64,000 bases of DNA from Bispira polyomma (lineage: Eukaryota). Below the pieces are notes generated by a model. The model searched no databases. It was not told where the DNA came from and saw only the letters and a program-made list of their open reading frames with translations. The stretch is from contig OZ287752.1 in assembly GCA_965649765.1 (NCBI GenBank), forward strand, positions 24,986,001 through 25,050,000, read 5' to 3'. Within the stretch, counting starts at the first letter, position 1. Each line of letters starts with the position of its first letter. A program made the translations under genes and the position numbers. Shown here one piece after another: positions 25,830 through 39,400 of this stretch.

Positions 25830-27584
25830 CTATCTCGACAAAATATCTGCATATACGTTATCACAGCCCCTAATATGTTTGACTTGTAATTTTATATTAT
25901 ATGCAGCCAGGTAGTACCAGGCTGTTCTTAGACATGCCATGAGCCATGGATCTTTAGCTTTACCAGAACTGAACGCACAAACTACGGATAAGTTGGCCCA
26001 TATGGTACACCATAGCTTAAGTGCCAGCAATATATTAGCAGCCTCAAAATGGACTATTGAGTTATTGCTCTTTACATGTCATGGTATATCGGCTGTGTAA
26101 ACCATTCGGTCGTGATATCCTCCTACACTTTCAAGTGAGGCATCGACATATACTATAAAATCTGGTTTATGGTCATTATGTATTTCAACTATACCATTAA
26201 AAGTATCCAAAAATAAATTAAACCATGAAACGTCCTTAAAGAACATCTGTGGGAGTTGTATGGAGCCTTTAGCAGGAGTACTACGTAAAACTTGCAGTAT
26301 ACGATTAATGAAAATATGGGCAGGTTGAACACATCTGTGAATATACAAAAGCTTCCCTGTCAGCTTCTGAAGCTGAATTCTTGTAGCACAAGTTTTACTA
26401 ATCCACTGTTTGCACATTTGTTTTACTTCTAGTAATTTACTATCAGGAATAGTTAATTTCCCCAACTTAGCATTAATATTAATGCCTAGACAGTTAATTT
26501 CTTCTGCTGGAGGTTCTAATTTTTTGGGATTGATTGGCAAACCAACATTCTCAATTAGATTTTTTAAACTTAGGAAATGTGATTGAGCCAATTGAGGAGG
26601 ACTTGCTCCAATGAAATCATCTAAATAGTTAATGATCCAGATATCATGTTGACGCAACGCTGACGTTATTGCATCTGTGCAAAGCTGGCATGCAGCTGCG
26701 CCCATCTTAAAACCAAAGGGGAGCCCTATGTCAATATACTTCTGGTTTTGCCAACACAATCCCAATACTGGGTAGTCATGGCGGTCAATTCGAAGGCTAC
26801 GGAAAGCCTGTTGAAGGTCAATTTTAAATAACAGTGTATTGTTACCAAAAGTTTTAATCTTTTGAACCACTCGATCAATGGTAGGAGATTTAAGTGTAAA
26901 GTTAATATTACCATAGCTTTCTGCAGGAACGCAACTATTTACCACTTCCCCTATAGACCAAGACAAATCGACAATCACTCTGACTCCACCATCTGGCTTA
27001 GGTCTTGCCACGAGGGGGGAATAGTGGGTACTGCTAAAAGGATTATTTTCAAATGGACCCACCATGGCTCTGTGCCCCACCTCAACTTCAAAGTATTTAT
27101 TTACTCCTGCGGGTTGACAAAATGCAGATTTATGATTATCTTTCTTCTCATTAAATTTAAAACTATTGTAATCAATATTAAGTGGGAATCCAAATTGGAG
27201 GTATTCCCCTAATATTTCAAGTGGATAACCTTTTAATAACTGTCGCCAAGCAGGTATATTCAGACCAGATGGTACAGTAATTCTACCCCTATTATAATTT
27301 GGCAAGTTATATTTTTTAACATTATTATGGATTTTGTTTAACCATTTTATTGAAGGTTGAAAATCTGTATCACTAAAAGGCAAAGATATTATTAATGGAA
27401 TTGGACCATTTGGTAAAAACCCAAAGTCCCGTGGTTCATTACACTGTTTATTCCATGCATATCTACTGCCATTATGTATGACTTCTGTTCTATTATGTAT
27501 AGTCTTTACCCCACCCTTGTTTACTAAGTCGCTATAACGTCTTTCACTATTTTTAACAGTCGTAGACATATAAATAAGTTGCAT
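25830..27584 (-). pseudogene. Reverse transcriptase-RNase H of the Ngaro element
   Basis: VRVIVDLSW, KIDLQQAFR, LPFG, NYLDDFIG, YVDAS in 26079-27584; RNase H end HIRGCDNVYADILSR in 25830-26030 after a frameshift. Confidence 0.9.
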
Positions 27585-28048
27585 TCATTTGCCATAAATG
27601 ACAATAACTGTCATCATCAGCATCTGTTTGCATTAATTTGGTATTAATTACATTTAGTTGTAATGAATAGCTATTACTAGCACTGACCATATTACTACAT
27701 CTTATTTTAAATTCACTATTACATGTGTCATTACACATAGTGTTGTTCGTATCCATTGATTGAGGTAGCAAAGGACAAGAACCATCAACATATTGACCAC
27801 CATGCAGCAGATATGATTCATTACCAAACACGTGTATAATAGAACTATTAATACTTACTGAATCATTTAACTGAATCATTGAAGGAAATCCATAGTATGC
27901 AATACACGTGTATGTGTCATAGCCTCTTACATACATGTGTACACTATGATTCCCATCAATATCAGACGTATCAGTCATAGTGCACCCCAATGTTGATATA
28001 GGTTGCACATTATGACTTTCATTAACATTAGACGTATCAGAGTATGCG

Positions 28049-28950
28049 TTATTATTATTATTATGGATTTTTAACGCGCTTTATTGATGCTAGGCATCTT
28101 CTAAAGCGCAACAGCAGAATCATTAGTCCAATCATTAAGTCCGTGGAAATTGCAAAGTCGTAAGGAAGGAAGTGGGAGCGTGCATGAGGAAAGCTAAGGT
28201 GGGTAGGCAAGATTAAAAAGATAGGTTTTAAGCTTTTTCCTAAAACCGTTAAGCGTATCAACTGATCTGAGGTCGACTGGGAGACTGTTCCATAACCGTG
28301 GAGCTGCAGTGGAGAATGCTCTGAAACCCGCCTTTCTGATTGGTCTGACCGAAGTGACAGAGAGTCTGTTGCCTCTCTTACGGTTACTGAAGGAAAGAAG
28401 GGAGGCAAGGTAGGGTGGCTGTTGAGTGACTACAGCCTTAAAAGTGGTAACGTGAATCTTAAACAAAATTCGAGATTCAATGGGCAACCAGTGTAATTTT
28501 TTGAGGTAAGGAGTGACATCTGTGCGACAACCCAGGCGAAAAATGACCCTACATAGGTAGTTTTGGATGGACTGGAGCTTTTTAATGTTTGACTTGTTTG
28601 CTTCGTACAAGAGAGAATTGCAGTAGTCGAGGCGGCTACTCACAAGGGCATTTGCCACAGTTATCGCTGTGTCCATGGACAAGTGGTTTCTGATTCTTTT
28701 GATGTCACGTATGTGGTAATAGCAGGAGCGACAGATGTTGGCAACATGCGTATCAAACGAAAAAGCTGAATCAAAAGTGACACCCAGGTTTTTAGCATTT
28801 TCGGAAGGTAGTATGTCTTTTCCCAGCAGGGAGATGGGAAACAAAGATTTTAGGAGTTCACTGTTTTTCTTGTTTCCTATGAGGATGAATTCTGTTTTGT
28901 CCGGGTTAAGCTTTAATTTGGAGTAGTTCATCCACGCCTGGACATCATCC
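28049..28950 (-). mobile_element. 5'-truncated L2/CR1-group LINE nested in the Ngaro element; ORF2 C-terminus open (28194-28931)
   Basis: LKLNPDKTEFI..NLGVTFD..LVSSRLDYCNSLL..LHWLPI..RAFSTAAPRLWNSLP..KKLKTYLF, then a 3'UTR and a (TAA)n tail at 28049-28063. Confidence 0.9.
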
Positions 28951-30377
28951 TGCTACATGCATGTGTACGTAATGATTCCCGTCAATATCAGACGTATCTG
29001 TCATAGTGCACCCCAATGCAGATGTAAATTGAACATTATGATTTTTATAAACATCCGACGTACTAGTCATAATGTACTCCATTTGTGATACGGGTTGGAT
29101 GTTATGACTATTGTGGAAGTCATAACGGTCGCCCGTTCTAAAATAATCTTATTTACATACATCATATACAATACTGGAGGATGTTATGTTCCTGTTAACC
29201 ATTGCTATATTGCTGTCCTCACGTTCAGCAATATCTATATTCAATGTATCATTCTGATAATTGTAGACATTTTGGCTAGTATAATTTGTTAATAAAGTGT
29301 TCTTAATTAAACTAAAACTATCATGTGATAAATGGAAATATAAACCTTTAGTAAATTCACATGTACACTTGTTAATATCATGGTTACCATAAAAGTTACC
29401 TTTAACTAAACTAAAATGATTGTAAAAACACTTAGTTTGATAGTTGTGAATATCACTACAAGCTTTATCAGGAGAGACTAGATCAATATTAACTGAATTA
29501 TTAGCCAGCCCCACACAAGCGGCGTCTACTTCAGTGTGTATATGAACACAGTTCTCATTCTCATATTGACTATTACCACCTTGGTCTATATTGTTCCCTG
29601 GTTTAATATGTGTATTGATACAACCCTTGCAGATTTTGCTGCAAGATAGAACACATGAACCCTGAATACTGTCAAGTGTAGAATCAAGGCCGTGATACAT
29701 ATTTTTGTTGAATATTCCAGACATTGCTCGGCACATAGACTGTGCAATATGTAGTTTGGACCTATGGACCAGACAAGGGTCATATCTCCTCACATCCAGA
29801 TCACTACAATATATAGCTTTTTTTGTCACTATTATTTTGAGCATTAGTATTATACTGCCTAATAACTGTACTTCGACTTTGATCAGTTGTTTTATTTGCA
29901 GTCTCGTTTACCCATACCCTGTCACTAGTTTGAACTGGATCAATGCTATTTAACACCACGTAGTCCTTTTTAGGGACACCAGGTGTATATTGTTTCACCT
30001 CAAATTTACACCAGCTGATATTAGGTGATACTTTATCAGCTTTGTTCTCACAATAATACTTCCACCACGTGGAATTATAATACCCATCAAAATATTCAAT
30101 TTTTTCACCAAAATTCATATTAGTGTACATACTATCATTGTTAGACGGTCTGCACCCAGTTTTAAACTTAGTATTACTAATTTCAGACTTAAACTTCTGA
30201 CCCTTCCGACCACCTTCTATATAAGACGGAGCCTCTGGGTTAAGTATATAACGAGGTTTGTCAAGATATTGCAAACCATGAAAACTCGTGTTTTTATCCA
30301 ACTTTATACCATTGTTACTTAGGTTATGAAATTGATCATTCCCAATAAACACCTTAGGTACAAATAAACCTTGTTTG

Positions 30378-31091
30378 TTAAACCCGCTGTTCAGTACTTT
30401 GAGCAGTGTTCTTATGCCTTACACATTTACAAAATGGATGCTCGTGTTTTCTTTCCGTAGTTTCTTTGAAACAATATGTGCAGTAGTGCTCATATTTGGC
30501 CCCTTTTGTGACATGGTCCTTTTCCAAACGACATGCCCCTTTATTATATAAAACACACGCCTTAGTTTCTGAAGCCTTGGGTTCAGATGAATGAGCTGAG
30601 CTGTGTACCATTCTTTGTGTATTACCTGCCCTAATTTTCTCCACCAGTTCAATAGAACTCCAAGTAACCTTGCCCTTTTCCATCTCTTGTAAGACGGCCG
30701 GGTGAGCACGCTTGGCTGCTTCCAGCCCTATCTCTACCGCGTCTTGCACAAGGCCAATATAGTAACTAAATATGGTATTTCTAGTTAAACTATTGGATTT
30801 CTCCAGTGCACAACACATTAAACCTTGAGCCCACTGAATCCCAGACATATTATCATAGGTAGGTTGTTTGCTACCATGTACTACTGTGCAGTAATCTTGT
30901 GGCCAATTAACGGGGATCATTACTTTATGGGTACCAGCCCTATATCTCCCAGACTTAAGAGAAGACGTATTCTTACCCTTATTTTCAAGTCTAGAGGTTC
31001 CCTCATAGTTTCTGATCCTCCGTTGCACTTCTGTCTGTATCTTGGAGTCCGTTTTCAGGTCCTCGAAAGACGGCAAGTTAGCTGGGCTCAC
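30378..31091 (-). CDS. Ngaro element gag-like protein
   Basis: KSGRYR..VNWPQDYC..QWAQG..AHPAVLQEMEKGKVTW and a C-terminal CVLYNKGAC...H...HYCTYC...HPFCKC finger; upstream of RT in the same element. Confidence 0.75.
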   Translation of the reverse strand: MSPANLPSFEDLKTDSKIQTEVQRRIRNYEGTSRLENKGKNTSSLKSGRYRAGTHKVMIPVNWPQDYCTVVHGSKQPTYDNMSGIQWAQGLMCCALEKSNSLTRNTIFSYYIGLVQDAVEIGLEAAKRAHPAVLQEMEKGKVTWSSIELVEKIRAGNTQRMVHSSAHSSEPKASETKACVLYNKGACRLEKDHVTKGAKYEHYCTYCFKETTERKHEHPFCKCVRHKNTAQSTEQRV

Positions 31092-33159
31092 TTCTTTCTG
31101 CTTCAGTGACTGAGTTGTGACGCAGCCTTGGGGGAACTCTGCGCGGATGGTACGGCAGAAATGTTTTGCATGCTTACACGTTATTCCTGCCTTTGGATAC
31201 GCTCGTCTGTAGCTGTGAACCCATAGCCTTTACAACAAGTAATAGTTCATCAATTTTGCTAGAAACAGACGGACCACTTTCAACTTTCTCCCCTATGTCC
31301 ATTATACCCGCTATAGCTCCCCCGTCCTGCTGGTTACTGTTCAGTTCACTTTTATCACTACTTTTATTACTGTTTTTACCAGCCAGTAGAAATCAAAGCC
31401 ACATCCCCAAAAATTTCAAAGAATTTCAATTGAAGTTTCCCAAATGAAATTCAGAGAAATTTTATAGCCCGCCTGTAGTAACTCTTTTTCACAACTAGCT
31501 TGACCATGGCTGGTTTGGGGTTTTATATAGACACCCGAAGGGAGGCCTCAGCTAGACTTTCTGTGGTGTGGTTGCATCACTCAGGGAAACTCACCTTTTC
31601 AATACAATGTATTGTTTTCAACTATTTTGCATGTCCCCACTTTTCAAAGTCACCCTTAGAAAAGTTTTTAAGGCCAAATTTGGCTATTTGTATGTTTTGT
31701 TTTTCCTTCAATACTGATTTGGGTGTGCTACTACATACGCCTCACCTTTCACAGAACAGTGTCCCTCTATAACTTCAATGGACGAGGTGGTACTTCTTCA
31801 AATCCATGTATTTCTTCCATTTGTATTTGTTCACTAACACATGAACAATATTTACCAAGAAATTACAAAATTCTGGTATAAATGTAGGATACGTAGCAAT
31901 TTTCATTTCTCTGTGGATCCTTGCTAACTGCAGTGATGTATAGAATAGCTTCATAACATATGAAATCCTCTTAAATAAAACAACATTGGTCAGATGTAGG
32001 TTGATGTACAGCAAAACAGTTTAATTTGGCTGCAGTGTAATGTGCAGTAAATATGTAATTGCCAAAATGATTTTTAGCACTGCTGCTTTTAAATGTGAAT
32101 AAAGTAATTGATACTATATGCTTTTCAACAAATATGTGTCAGTCTTGTTCATTGTGAACCAGTCTTAATGCTATAATTTTCTCAAGAGTGGAACAATGAC
32201 TAACAAATTTATATCAGTTTAAAATATTACTTTTAAATATCGTCACTTTACTGAATTAAAAAAAGGTATATTAAGTTTGTAAAATGGGATAATAGTCCCT
32301 CGTATTACAGCTGCTGTAGGCAATTGTCATTAAATAAATTATCTTTAAATGAAAAAAAAAAAAAAAAGTCTGGTTATATACAGCTGTCAATGTTAACGTT
32401 AAATCTTTAGTTCTGCCTGAGGTCAAGACTGACATTACTCCTTGGATGTCAACTAGTGTAATATTTTTGGGCCTGTGATTGTGATAGCAAGGCTATAATG
32501 ACAACTATGACGTTTATCAATTGCAAGTTTTTAACGCCAAAAGACATTTTAGATATATGTGGACTATTCAATTGATACAACGGACTGACAAAATATACAA
32601 GGGTAAGGGATGTGTGTTATGTTGGAGCAAGGTTGTTTAAAATGACTATAGTTGGATGCATTTATTTGGTGACAGAGAATTTGAGCAGTACACCAGAAAT
32701 GTGTGACCTAGGCATAAACCATTTATAGAGGTACAAACATGAGTTGAGAAGGACTAAATGCAGATTATTTGCCACAATTTGAAATCAGATCTAAAGTTAT
32801 TGGCAAACTGGAAAAGTTATAAAGTTTATACAGTGAATATATTAATTTCCCCAATCAAAATAATGGTTTTGAATCGCCTTAATTCAGACACTACACACAT
32901 TGGAGTGCATTTTACTAGGAGATCTGTGGCAATTTATTTGTAACTTATATTTGATATACAAAACACAATATTGATGCTAGATTAAATAATCATTTTTAAT
33001 TGTTCTAAAACATTCATTAAATAAATTTAATTTTATTTATATATATTTTAGGTATGACTTTTGTGATATATTTACAAAGGTTCATTTAAATTTTGGTAAT
33101 CTTATAGTAAGGACTATATAAACAATGTATAAAAGACATACAGTATTTTTGTGTGAAGT

Positions 33160-33305
33160 AAGTAGACCGGAAAGTACACATGTAACTTTGATATATGAGA
33201 GTAGTCAAATACTAATCACTATAATGAAGCCATTATAAATGCAGGAAGTAAATATTAGACACAAAACTGTGTTATGGATAAATCATACTACCCATTTCCT
33301 ACTTT
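33160..33305 (+). promoter_or_regulatory. Candidate proximal promoter of gene B with GGAA-core (ETS-like) motifs
   Basis: accggaaagt (~33166), caggaagt (33242) and atttcct (~33294) within 200 nt upstream of the ATG. The motifs are short. Confidence 0.25.
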
Positions 33306-33358
33306 GAATGGATATATTATTATTAATGACACAGAACTAATGTATACTGTTAAATCTT

Positions 33359-33401
33359 ATGACAATGGAGATAAATGGAATAACACTTTCATTATTTCTA
33401 G
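33359..33401 (+). CDS. Gene B exon 1: signal peptide start
   Basis: MTMEINGITLSLFL + G|gtaaac joins exon 2 to give ...LSLFLVLTGCVQA/DV, a plausible cleavable signal peptide. Confidence 0.7.
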
Positions 33402-36400
33402 GTAAACTTTTCTGTAATTACAAGTTTATAATAGTTATCTTTGTGTAATATTTGGCGAAATGAGAGTATTTTGGCCAGTATATTGTTTTGTGATTATGGA
33501 TACATATTCTGCTGTGACAAATAATAAGTATAAAATTCAATTTAATAGTATATTTAACACTGTTTTGATTGTTATGTACATTATACCATACATAAACTTA
33601 TACCAACTGTCCTCGACAATACTTTGATAAACTGACGTACGCATGTTGAGGAACAGAGTGTTATCATAAGCCAAACTTAACAAATCTGACATGACAGTTT
33701 ACTATATACTATACCACGGGAAAGATGATAGTTGTCTGTTATATTTGCGGTATCTGTTGATTTGTTGACTTTTATTTATGGTAAACGCTATGTCTCTAGC
33801 CGTGCGCATATCAAAGTATAGTTGAAGACAGAAAACTCAGTCTGACACAAACTGTGAGTGGCTATATATAAATGGGTAGATATATGGTGATATTGTGTGC
33901 ACTATTCTACTTAAGAAAACAAGTATATTATTTTCAATGATTTTTTTAAAAATTATTTCTTTATTTTATTATCAACTGTGACGTAAGTATGACGTTTTCA
34001 TGGCTGATACGGTTCATTGTATCACCCGGCGCTCGTGAATGTATATATGAAAAACATTTTCCAAGGTTTTAGTCTCAATTTTATGCAATATTCAGGTAAA
34101 AACTTGACAAAAAGTGTGGCTAACATAAAATATGGACCTCAAACAACATAATGGTATATGAAATGAAAATATTAATGAAACCAATACCTTTAAATCTGTA
34201 TTTTACTACCCCACCGTTTTTAAGTTTGGGAGTTCAAAGTAACAATTATGTATTTGGTGACTTATTGTTAGGTACAACTTTATTTCTAGATGTCTGATAT
34301 GTATGTACCTGACTTCATTATGTACTCATATAAGATCCACTGGTCTATATACACTGGTAAAATGTCCCCTTGGATATTAATACTGCTATTCAGTAAACAT
34401 TTGAACAACAGATTGTTTACTGTCAGTGTAACTACAAGTTATTTTTTGCTTTTGTGTGTTTTAACAGTACTAAATTTAATGAATAATAAATGCAACATTT
34501 GTATCTATTTTGTATCCATTTGTATTGTCTGGATCTGACTAAAAACAAGTTTATTCACCTTGCTTAATTTATTTGCAGTACTGACTGGGTGTGTGCAAGC
34601 AGATGTAACTGTTACTTACACGTCAGAATATGAGGGTAACAACATTGTGAACGGAGAGTCACTTCTTCTTCACTGTAGTTATACTGATGATATATTTGAA
34701 CTGAGTTGGCTTGCTGGTGAAGATGGAATATTTACTGTTACAAAAGTAGATACAACACCTCAGGATACTGTGCTCAGTGACACAGCATATACAGACAGGA
34801 TTCTAAACTCTACACACATAACAGGAGCTCATCAACTTCTGATTACTGTGGATAGGGGCCAGGATGAAGGACAGACGTTCACATGCAGAGTCTTAACACA
34901 ACCATTTCAGGATGAGACTGGAAGTACAACAATAAACAATATATTGTGTAAGTATCAATTAATGGTTTTGAGTAAGGAATAATGAATCAAGTTTTATTGT
35001 TTACATATGTTTATTAATTTAACAATTTTATTTTAATGAAATAAACGGTCATTGGATAAAATTGTTCAAGTGGAACTAGTGGGACAACTTTGTGTAAAGC
35101 ACCTTGTCCAAAAGTACAATCTCGAGGCCTAAAGTATTCTGTAGTGTTGTATTACTCTTTTAACTAAAATACGCAAAACCTGGTTTGGTAAGATAACATA
35201 TTGACACATGTTTACATTTTCTCTGAGAATTATTTTTCAGTGTTAGCGCTCATCAGCAAAATCCAGATTAAGCATTCACTTATTGATGTACAAAGCACGA
35301 TCACTTCAGGGGCTGCTTGTTCAGTTTAACCTTCATTTAGGTGGTGCTACCTTAGCTAACACCAATGAGTTTTTCTTGCTTGAATTACAATCTGTCTATC
35401 CTCATCCCCATGTCCAATAATTTTATTTTACCTGTCACACTAGGCTTCTTGCATGGCAAACATTGCCTATTATACGCCACTGTGTCAGAATTAAGTATCG
35501 CTGCCTATTTAGTTGAGTATGTCAGGGGTTTAAACACAGGTTCGGACGTGTTTATTTAAGTTTATCTATTATTATTTTTATACACTTTGAATATGGATAT
35601 GAAAGAGACTAAGTCTAAACATAGAGCAGAAGGTGGTTCTGAAATCAATGAACTTCGACAGAGGTGAGAGATATGCCTGTGAGTGTGGACAGTGGAGGTA
35701 CAACTATATAGCACAGTGATGCCATTGGCTGGAAGGTCATAGAACAGGATTCAGTCAGAAGTAATGTTACATATCCCTTTCTGCTGGCGTGTTCCAGAAA
35801 TACAGAAACTGGCTTTTTGACATTTTTAGACTTTCTCCTTGACATGTATTAGGAGTACACAATGTCACTGCCTACCATGTGTCCTGATGGTTTGTCTATG
35901 CAATAGACAGAAACAAATTGTGTCGAACTCGACAGACAAGTCAAGAAGGGTTAGATCAACTACATTATTTCTATCCAAGACCATGTTGATATCATTGTTA
36001 ATTGTCAGTAGTGCTGTTTTAGTTGAATGGTATTTTCTGTTAGCTGATTGGTGTGGGTGCCCTATATGGTTGGTGGACAAGAATTACATTTATTTATTCA
36101 TATATATATTGAAATATATAAAACAATGCCATGTAATAAATAATTATAATTTTGTTTCTAAAAAGGTTTAAAATACCTGCCAAGATATAAAATCAGCTTA
36201 ATTTCTACAAAATTTAGTTGAAGAACTTTGCAAGCAGATAAAGTTTGTTACACATTCATGATTAATCACATGTTTCCTTACAGCCTTGCTATGCCCATGA
36301 ACTTTACGGTTGGATCACTGATTTTGCTGTTGCGCTTTAGAAGATGCCTAGCATCAAGAAAGCACATTAAAAATCCATAATAATAACATATTAATACTTT

Positions 36401-39400
36401 CATATTGTTGACGTTGACGGTGTTTTAACAACTACTGAACAATCAACTTTAATTAATAATGATAGCAGGAGCCCCAGACAATGTTCTGACGTAAGTTTTA
36501 AAATAAATGAACTACATTACAGGTTTTGTCAGGTTTCAGCTCAATTATTACATTTATATCTTCGTGAAATGAGCACTTAAACCTTATTAGAAATTTGTTC
36601 AATACTCGACCTTTTTACCCAAGAAGTGTAAAAGAAGAAATGTGTCCAATTTCCAAGTACAATTACACCTTTAATGTTAATGTGTGTTAACATTTTGCAC
36701 ATTATAAAACTCGAATACAAATGTAGCATTAGATTTAGGGAGATTATCAGATATTGAATAAAGGCATACTACAACAAACCCAAAACCACAACGCATCTTT
36801 GAATATAAGACAAAGTTAATGGTCTATATGGGTAAAGTGCTCCTCGCCTGAGATCATAAGTTCACATTTCTCATTATTTTAGCATGTGCCTGCTGCTGGA
36901 TACATGTTAGTATTGTCAGTCATATTATTCACACTGATAACTTTATTAATTGTGTTTTGTCGATGCTTTGTTCCTAAAATATTTGGGTGTGTTCTAATCT
37001 CATGACTTTCATTTCACTGTGGCCTAGTGGTTAGAAACGGTAGCTTCACAATAATTGGCTTCTCACCAATGAAAGTTAGAACCCTGTTTGCTCCTTAATT
37101 TAGGAAAGTTTGTCAGATACTTGCCGTAGGCCGTTGGTTTACAGTGCTTTGGTACTGGTTTCTTCCATCCTTAAATCTGGCTGTCACAACAGGACAAATG
37201 CTGTTGAATAATGGATCACCAGTAAAACATGTGTATACATAGAGATATGTATGAAAAACAAGCTAATGGAAATTACCACATTTCTAAAGAATTGACCATT
37301 AGGAACTTATTACTTTAGTTATGTAATTACAATTTCAGCCACCCCTTTTCCACATTAAGAAGCAATTAGCTTTAAAAACAACAACATAATACTACATATC
37401 CTGTCTGATATCGACTAGGTAAATAGATTGAATATGAGAGCTTTAATGTGTAATCATTTAACTAAACATGTGGTGATAAAAATTATACATGTTATTCACT
37501 CATATATTTACCTCAACTATTGAGCTATTTAGCTCTGACTCTTTTGTTAATTTGGTCTGACATGTAACATATTTTGTAGCTTCCCCTCAGTCAGTGAGTG
37601 TCTCTACTATCGGTCCTGTTCTCAAAGATGTACCACAGACTATCACCTGTACAGTGTCCTCTATCTACCCTGGTAAAGACTCCACAGAGTTCAGACTGAA
37701 AGTTGGTGACCAGTACTACAGACAAGGTACAGAGACTGAGGTACAGAAAGATAGTGATGTCACAGTCACTAAAACATTTACTCTGAGTTTTACTCGTGAT
37801 CAACATGGTAATGATGTTTTGTGTGAAGTGACCTGGATGAAGGACACTAGTGTACAGACAGTGAGAGAATCAAAAATACAGGAGTTGATGGTCTATGGTG
37901 AGTTATAGCTATGATGTATAAGCACCACACAAAGATAATATATAGAAATCAACAATTCATGGCACAGAGAAGTTGTAATATATAAACGAATAAACAAATA
38001 GTATATTAAATATGTGGTCTATAATCGGCTGACTTGTCCACATTAAGAATCAATTAGCTAGAAAAAACAACAACGTAATCTTACATATCCTGTCTGATAT
38101 CGACCAGGTAAATAGATTGAATATGAGAGCTTTAATGTGTAATAATTTAACTAAACATGTGATGATAAACGAGATGAATATTATTCGCTCATATATTTAC
38201 CTCAACTATTGCGCTATTTAGGTCTCACTCTTTTGTTATTTTGGTCTGATATGTAAAATATTTTGTAGCTTCCCCCCAGTCAGTGAGTCTGTCTACGGTT
38301 GGTCCTGTTCTTAGAGATGTACCCCAAACTATCACCTGTACAGTGTCCTCTATTTACCCGGGTAAAGACTCTACAGAGCTTAGGCTGAAGGTTGGTGACC
38401 AGTACTATACACAGGGTACAGAGACTGAGGTACAGAAAGGTAGTGATGTCACAGTCACTAAAACATTTACTCAGAGTTTTACGCGTGATCAACATGGTGA
38501 AGATGTGTTGTGTAAAATGACCTGGATGAAGGACACTAGTATAAAGACATTAATGAAGTCGGAGACACAGCAGTTGGGGGTGTATGGTGAGTGTAAAATG
38601 AAACCTGATTTTACATGTTTAGGTGGAAAATTAATCAATTTTATGTTCAATGAATCACATACTAATCATCAGTTTTATGTTTATATGTAAGTTTAATACC
38701 AACCTGATATAGTTATTTCATTTCTGCATTGTGAAATTGTTGAATATCTCTTACATTTTGTTGTAATTGCCCCTAAAACTAAAATTAAACTAATACACTG
38801 GCAAGTGTATAATATTTCTGTTATAGCTGTTATTCTGTTTTCTGCAATTACAGTATAGGCAGTAAATTGAATGTTGCATCTGAAATGTGTTACGTGATTA
38901 AGTGTATCATAATAATTTAAAAGTCTAGTTATTATTTACATTTGAGAAAATACTAAATTACGTATGCAATCTAGCCTGCTGAGAGGAACTACCCAATGGA
39001 AATTACTGAAACATTCTAATAGTTGAGGTTGAAATAAAGGGGTTTGCATTTAGAGGCTTGCACAAGAAGTTTGATCTCGATGGTCAAATTAAAGAGTATT
39101 GAACAAAAGGCTAGAGAAGTAAAAAAGAGGTTGATATGAAACAAGCTTAAAGCATATACATATATTCAGGCAATATGATGGTATAATAATAGTACAATTA
39201 AAGACAATAATTACATACCAAATACCTGTTAATACCGGCAAGAGATATGTGAATTTACAAAATAGCTGTGCTTCTAAGAGCCTGATATTAGAATGAAACT
39301 AACTGCTGTAGAATGGGGAGATGAAGTGATCAATTTTTGTCGATGGTGTTTTTTTGACGTTTGTGATTCAATATGGTAATAGCTAAGGGAGCACACCTGA

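Larger units (their letters stand above)
24676..31560 (-). mobile_element. Ngaro-type (DIRS order) tyrosine-recombinase retrotransposon, near full length but frameshifted
   Basis: Order on the minus strand: TATA (~31525), gag with Cys/His finger, long linker, RT (YLDDF), RNase H, tyrosine recombinase (HAFRRSGA...HGNWRS..Y). No methyltransferase is seen between RNase H and YR, which fits Ngaro better than DIRS sensu stricto. Terminal repeats not identified. Confidence 0.85.
37349..38590 (+). repeat. Tandem duplication of intron plus Ig exon (689 nt period)
   Basis: cacattaagaa..catatcctgtctgatatcgac.aggtaaatagattgaatatgagagctttaatgtgtaat is present at about 37351 and 38039, each followed by a 318-nt exon. 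Confidence 0.9.

Noticed and set aside
27930-29070. Repeats flanking the nested LINE as a target-site duplication
   Set aside because: They are over 100 bp and clearly diverged from each other while the LINE ORF is intact, so they are better explained as a pre-existing tandem repeat.
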